Of a DNA stretch of 64,000 nucleotides, positions 60,862 to 64,000 are shown piece after piece; the first letter of the stretch is position 1, and each line of letters opens with the position of its first letter. The DNA is from Xanthobacteraceae bacterium. Lineage in GTDB: Bacteria; Pseudomonadota; Alphaproteobacteria; Rhizobiales; Xanthobacteraceae. Location of the stretch: NCBI GenBank assembly GCA_036406655.1, contig DASXAP010000165.1:1365-65364 (forward strand). Reading direction: 5' to 3'. The position numbers and the translations under genes are program-made. The notes beneath the pieces were generated by a model that did no database searches, was not told the DNA's origin, and was given only the letters and a program-made list of their open reading frames with translations.

Positions 60862-62136
60862 TCATTGCGCCTTCGCCTTGCCGTAGGGATAGATGATCTC
60901 GCCGGTCTTGCTCTCCCGCGGCCACAGGATCACCTGCCTGCTGCCGTCACGGAACTGCTCGACATCGTTGCCGGCGACGTTCTGGAACTGGGTGAAATAC
61001 ATGCGCGATCGCGCCCACTCGCCGTCGCTGCCGAAGGTGACCTCCCCGACCACCGTCTGGAACGCATGGGTGCGCATGTATTCCGCGCGTCTGTTGTCGT
61101 CGAAGCCGCTGGTCCCGCGGATCGACTCGGCCAGAACCTGGCCGGCGGCGTAGCCGAAGGGCACGAAATTGGTGCCGAGGGCATCCGTCCCCAGCGCGGC
61201 AGCTTTCGCCTGGTAGCGCTGCAGCAGCTCGGCGGCACCGGGGAAGCTCGCGCGCAGCGCCGGCACGAAGTTCTCGCCGATGATGAGGCCGTTGCTGAGC
61301 GGCCCGAGCTGCACCTTGATGGGGGTGACGAGGAGACCGATCATGGCGCCGCCGAACATCTTCGGCGAAAGCCCGATCTCGGCCGCCGCGCGCACGATGC
61401 CGACGGTGTCGGGCGGGTAGGCCGCGACATAGACGATATCGGCATTGGCCGCCTGCACCGCGCGCACGACCGGCGCGAAGTCGGTGGTGCCCGGCGGATA
61501 CGACTTGTCGTGGATGATGCGCAGCCCCGCCGCCTTCGCGTTCTCCCGGGCGCCGTCGGCCGCCGTCTTCGCGAACTCGGCGTCGGCGGCGACGATGGTG
61601 ACGGTCTGCGGCCTGGGATTCTGCTCGAGCGCGAGCGCGAAGAAGCCGTCGGAGAAGGCGCCCGGTCCGCGCGGACCGACCGCGACCATCGAGAAGTATC
61701 TCGGGTAGCGGAAGTGATTGTTGATGCCGATCGCCAGCATGCTGATCGTGGTGCGGTCGTTCTGCATGATGATCGGCATCGCCGGCGCCACCATGTTGGT
61801 CGCATAGGGGCCGAGCAGGGCATCGACCTTGTCGACGCTGATCAGCTTGGTGTAGATGCCGGGCACCGTGCTCGGATTGCTCTGGTCGTCGTAGTAGACG
61901 AGCTCGAGGGGCCGGTTGAGCAGGCCGCCCTTGGCGTTGACGTCGTCGCGCCAGATCTCAAGCGCGGCGAGGAGCTGCTTGCCGGCAGAGGCTACCCCGC
62001 CGGTGAGCGCCATGCTGAAGCCGACCTTGACCGGCTCGGCGGCGTAAGCGCCCGCCGCCGCAAGGCCGCAGAGCATGCCGGCGAGCAATGCCCCGCACGC
62101 GCGGGAGACCCTTGCAATACCCGGCATGCTGAGCAT
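60862..62136 (-). CDS. ABC transporter substrate-binding protein, branched-chain amino acid (LivK/Peripla_BP_6) family
   Basis: Signal peptide, then EPVKVGFSMALTGGVASAGKQLLAALEIWRDDVNAKGGLLNRPLELVYYDDQSNP, the canonical Leu/Ile/Val-binding family N-terminus. Confidence 0.85.
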   Translation of the reverse strand: MLSMPGIARVSRACGALLAGMLCGLAAAGAYAAEPVKVGFSMALTGGVASAGKQLLAALEIWRDDVNAKGGLLNRPLELVYYDDQSNPSTVPGIYTKLISVDKVDALLGPYATNMVAPAMPIIMQNDRTTISMLAIGINNHFRYPRYFSMVAVGPRGPGAFSDGFFALALEQNPRPQTVTIVAADAEFAKTAADGARENAKAAGLRIIHDKSYPPGTTDFAPVVRAVQAANADIVYVAAYPPDTVGIVRAAAEIGLSPKMFGGAMIGLLVTPIKVQLGPLSNGLIIGENFVPALRASFPGAAELLQRYQAKAAALGTDALGTNFVPFGYAAGQVLAESIRGTSGFDDNRRAEYMRTHAFQTVVGEVTFGSDGEWARSRMYFTQFQNVAGNDVEQFRDGSRQVILWPRESKTGEIIYPYGKAKAQ

Positions 62137-62357
62137 CGGCCGTCCTCGCCTGATGTGCGCCGGCTTGCGGTCCGCGTTCTCGCAAGCTCTCGGCGCATCC
62201 TATCACAGCGGGCGCGCCGGTCGGCCCCGTTCTGCCTCTGCGCGGCTCTGCCGCGACGCGTTAACCAGGTGCGAGGGGGCGGCTGGCGCGCCGGCCGCCG
62301 GGCACGCTAGTGTAGTTCAGATGCGGCCCTTGATTGCGCAGGCAGGAGTAGCGTGCG

Positions 62358-62837
62358 ATGCGTGTTCGGCTGGCCGCTGTGTTGGTTGCCGCTCTTGCGG
62401 GAATTGTGGCTCTCACCCCGATCGAGACCTCGGCCGGATCGGGGGCGCCCGGCGGCGCGTCGCTGCTGCATGCCGGGCCGCCTCATCCGCTGGCGCGGCC
62501 CTTCCATCCGCGCTTCGCCCGGGCGCCGTTCGATCGGCACCTCCGGCGCTTCTCGCGCTTCCACGATCGGGGATTGGGCTTTCCGCTGTGGACCCTTCCG
62601 GCCTACGGCGATTGCGGCGACTGCTACCCCCCATTCCCCGGCAACTATCCGTCGACGGCGGAGCTCGACTATAACCCGCCCCCGGCGGCCTACCCGGCGT
62701 ACCTGCCGACGCCGGTTCCGCCCGCGCCCCCGCGCATCGACGTGATCCCCTTCCGGCCCGGCTGTGACACCGAGACAGTCGAGGTGCCGTCCGAGCGCGG
62801 CGGCCGCTATCAGCGGGTGAACATCGTGCGCTGCTGA
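62358..62837 (+). CDS. Secreted Pro-rich hypothetical protein with four Cys
   Basis: MRVRLAAVLVAALAGIVALTPIETSAG signal. The mature part is Pro/Arg/Phe-rich with CGDC and two further Cys. High GC3. No family recognised. Confidence 0.5.
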   Translation: MRVRLAAVLVAALAGIVALTPIETSAGSGAPGGASLLHAGPPHPLARPFHPRFARAPFDRHLRRFSRFHDRGLGFPLWTLPAYGDCGDCYPPFPGNYPSTAELDYNPPPAAYPAYLPTPVPPAPPRIDVIPFRPGCDTETVEVPSERGGRYQRVNIVRC

Positions 62838-62913
62838 GCGCCCCGGCGGGTCGGGGCACGCTGAAGCGTGTCGAACACCCTCCGCTGGAAGGGAGGGCAA
62901 TCGCATATGGATC

Positions 62914-63032
62914 GTCATGGCCGGGCCGGGGACCCCGCCGCGCTCGCGCGGCGGGGAGCCCCGTGTCCCGGCCATCCACGCCTTTGCGCGGGCACAAGAC
63001 GTGGATGCCCGGCATAAAGCCGGACATGACGA
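62914..63032. repeat. Composite intergenic ATGGCCGG-family repeat (three successive hairpins)
   Basis: CATGGCCGGG (62916-25). Hairpin CCCCGCCGCG (62933-42) / CGCGGCGGGG (62947-56). TCCCGGCCATCCACG ... CGTGGATGCCCGG stem (62966-63011). CCGGCataaaGCCGG, then ACATGACGAA. Shares the GCCGGCCATCC...GGATG(G/C)CCGG...GCC(C)GG.(C/G)ATGAC skeleton with 59727-59793. Confidence 0.55.
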
Positions 63033-63126
63033 AGCGCCTTTCCGCCCGATGCGGGCTGCACCGCGCTGCGCACCGGCCGTCCCCGCCGCACCCCGCGTTG
63101 ACACCCCCGGCCGGCGGCCTACATTA

Positions 63127-63234
63127 AGCGTCAGTTCCGAGGGGAGCTCCGGCAGGGAGCTGAGAGACCCGCCCGATACCGCGGGGACCCTTTGAACCTG
63201 ATCCGGGTCATGCCGGCGAAGGGACAGGACCGCT
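63127..63234 (+). promoter_or_regulatory. TPP (THI-box) riboswitch
   Basis: GGGGAGC..(P2)..CUGAGA....ACCCUUUGAACCUGAUCCGGGUCAUGCCGGCGAAGGGA matches the THI-box core almost perfectly. Putative P1 pairs AGCGUC (63127-32) with GACCGCU (63228-34). It lies upstream of thiC. Confidence 0.88.
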
Positions 63235-63620
63235 TGCAAGCCTCAATCTTCCTCGCGCAGCTGATCGGGCCGCTCCTCCTGCTCGCCGGCGTCGGCATCC
63301 TCCTCAACCGCCGCTCGCTCGATCTGCTCGCCGACGAGATATTCCGCAGCCGCGTCTTTCTGTTCCTGTTCGGGCTGATCGACGCCGCGCTGGGGCTCGC
63401 GATCGTGCTGACCCACAACGTCTGGTCGGCGGACTGGCGCCTCATCATCACGCTGCTGGGCTGGCTGCTGATCGTCCGCGGCACGGCGCGGGTGCTCGCC
63501 CCCGACCGGATCAAGGAGCTCGGCGGAAGGATGCTGAAGAACGACAACACGGTCGGCGCCGTGCTTGCGGCGGTCACGCTGCTCGGCCTCGTCCTCTGCT
63601 ATTTCGGCTACACGCGCTGA
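63234..63620 (+). CDS. Uncharacterised 4-TM membrane protein (about 128 aa) between the TPP riboswitch and thiC
   Basis: Very high GC3 and four hydrophobic helices ([73 protein letters not shown]). TTG 63234 lies at the 3' edge of the aptamer. In-frame ATG 63210 and TTG 63192 lie inside the aptamer and are less likely starts. Confidence 0.7.
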   Translation: MQASIFLAQLIGPLLLLAGVGILLNRRSLDLLADEIFRSRVFLFLFGLIDAALGLAIVLTHNVWSADWRLIITLLGWLLIVRGTARVLAPDRIKELGGRMLKNDNTVGAVLAAVTLLGLVLCYFGYTR

Positions 63621-63642
63621 TCCTCTCGACGGGAGAAGAGCC

Positions 63643-64000
63643 ATGAACATCCACGATCCCGACCTCGCCACGCCCAAGGTCACCACGGGTCCCCTGCCCG
63701 CTTCGCGCAAGGTCTATGCGCGGCCGGAGGCTGCGCCCGAGCTGCGGGTGCCGGTGCGCGAGATCGCGCTGAGCGAGGGGGCCGGCGAGCCGGCGCTCCC
63801 GGTCTACGACACCACCGGCCCCTATACCGATCCCGACGCCGTCATCGATGTCGAGCAGGGGCTGCCGCGCACCCGCATCGAGTGGGTGAAGGAGCGCGGC
63901 GGGATCGAGGAGCACGAGGGCCGCCCGATCCAGCCGGTCGACAACGGCAATGTCAGCGGCCGCCACCTCGCGCGCAACTTTCCCGCTACGCCCAGGCCGT
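63643..64000 (+). CDS. thiC: Phosphomethylpyrimidine synthase ThiC, N-terminal fragment (3' end outside the window)
   Basis: Not in the ORF track because it has no stop within the window. ATG 63643 lies after GGGAGAAGAG. Translation [64 protein letters not shown]... is the typical alphaproteobacterial ThiC N-terminus. TPP riboswitch upstream. Confidence 0.85.
   Translation, partial: MNIHDPDLATPKVTTGPLPASRKVYARPEAAPELRVPVREIALSEGAGEPALPVYDTTGPYTDPDAVIDVEQGLPRTRIEWVKERGGIEEHEGRPIQPVDNGNVSGRHLARNFPATPRP

Noticed and set aside
62307-63239. 310-aa minus-strand ORF, plus the plus-strand ORF 62917..63195
   Set aside because: Both run through the intergenic hairpin repeat and the TPP riboswitch. 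ORF 62917..63195 gives the ...VPAIHAF...DVDARHKAGHDE peptide that this repeat family typically yields when mistranslated.

Overview
This is a high-GC segment of an alphaproteobacterial chromosome with very high third-codon-position GC. Gene order and the intergenic hairpin repeats look Hyphomicrobiales/Bradyrhizobiaceae-like, but that is inference. All family calls come from reading the supplied translations against remembered motifs; no searches were run.

Gene content:
- The core (20.0-40.7 kb, minus strand) is a complete division/cell-wall (dcw) cluster: mraZ-rsmH-ftsL-ftsI-[opposite-strand GCS2/YbdK-like ligase]-murE-murF-mraY-murD-ftsW-murG-murC-murB-ddl-ftsQ-ftsA-ftsZ. Downstream follows the usual alphaproteobacterial lpxC-bamD-recN-ligA block.
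- The left flank (0-13.7 kb) holds a partial flavoprotein gene, a vapBC toxin-antitoxin pair, a Bug/TctC binding protein, an Omp25/31-like porin, a Gfo/Idh/MocA oxidoreductase with a GlcG-like protein, a nitrilase-family hydrolase, MFS transporters, prmA and aminopeptidase P.
- The right flank (41-64 kb) holds an AmpD/AmiD-type amidase, RNase P RNA (rnpB), a fused 5-oxoprolinase, Tim44-like and extensin-like proteins, and a 1.1-kb gene-poor, AT-richer stretch.
- It continues with a transporter/amidohydrolase neighbourhood (VOC protein, MFS, two Bug proteins, an orphan DctP, a TctA-TctB fusion), cytochrome b561, two ABC binding proteins, and a TPP riboswitch leading into thiC.

I saw no transposase, integrase, CRISPR array, tRNA or rRNA, and no recognisable multi-gene defence island.

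The candidates most likely to be undescribed are small:
- A 27-codon hydrophobic sORF, absent from the ORF track, with a strong Shine-Dalgarno (SD) site, an SOS-box-like repeat upstream and a perfect terminator downstream.
- An uncharacterised 4-TM protein sitting between a TPP riboswitch and thiC.
- An opposite-strand ligase gene that splits the dcw cluster.
- A TctA-TctB fusion.

Many long ORFs in the track are antisense or N-terminally over-extended artefacts of the high GC content. I trimmed starts using ATG/GTG position, SD sequences and stop/start overlaps.
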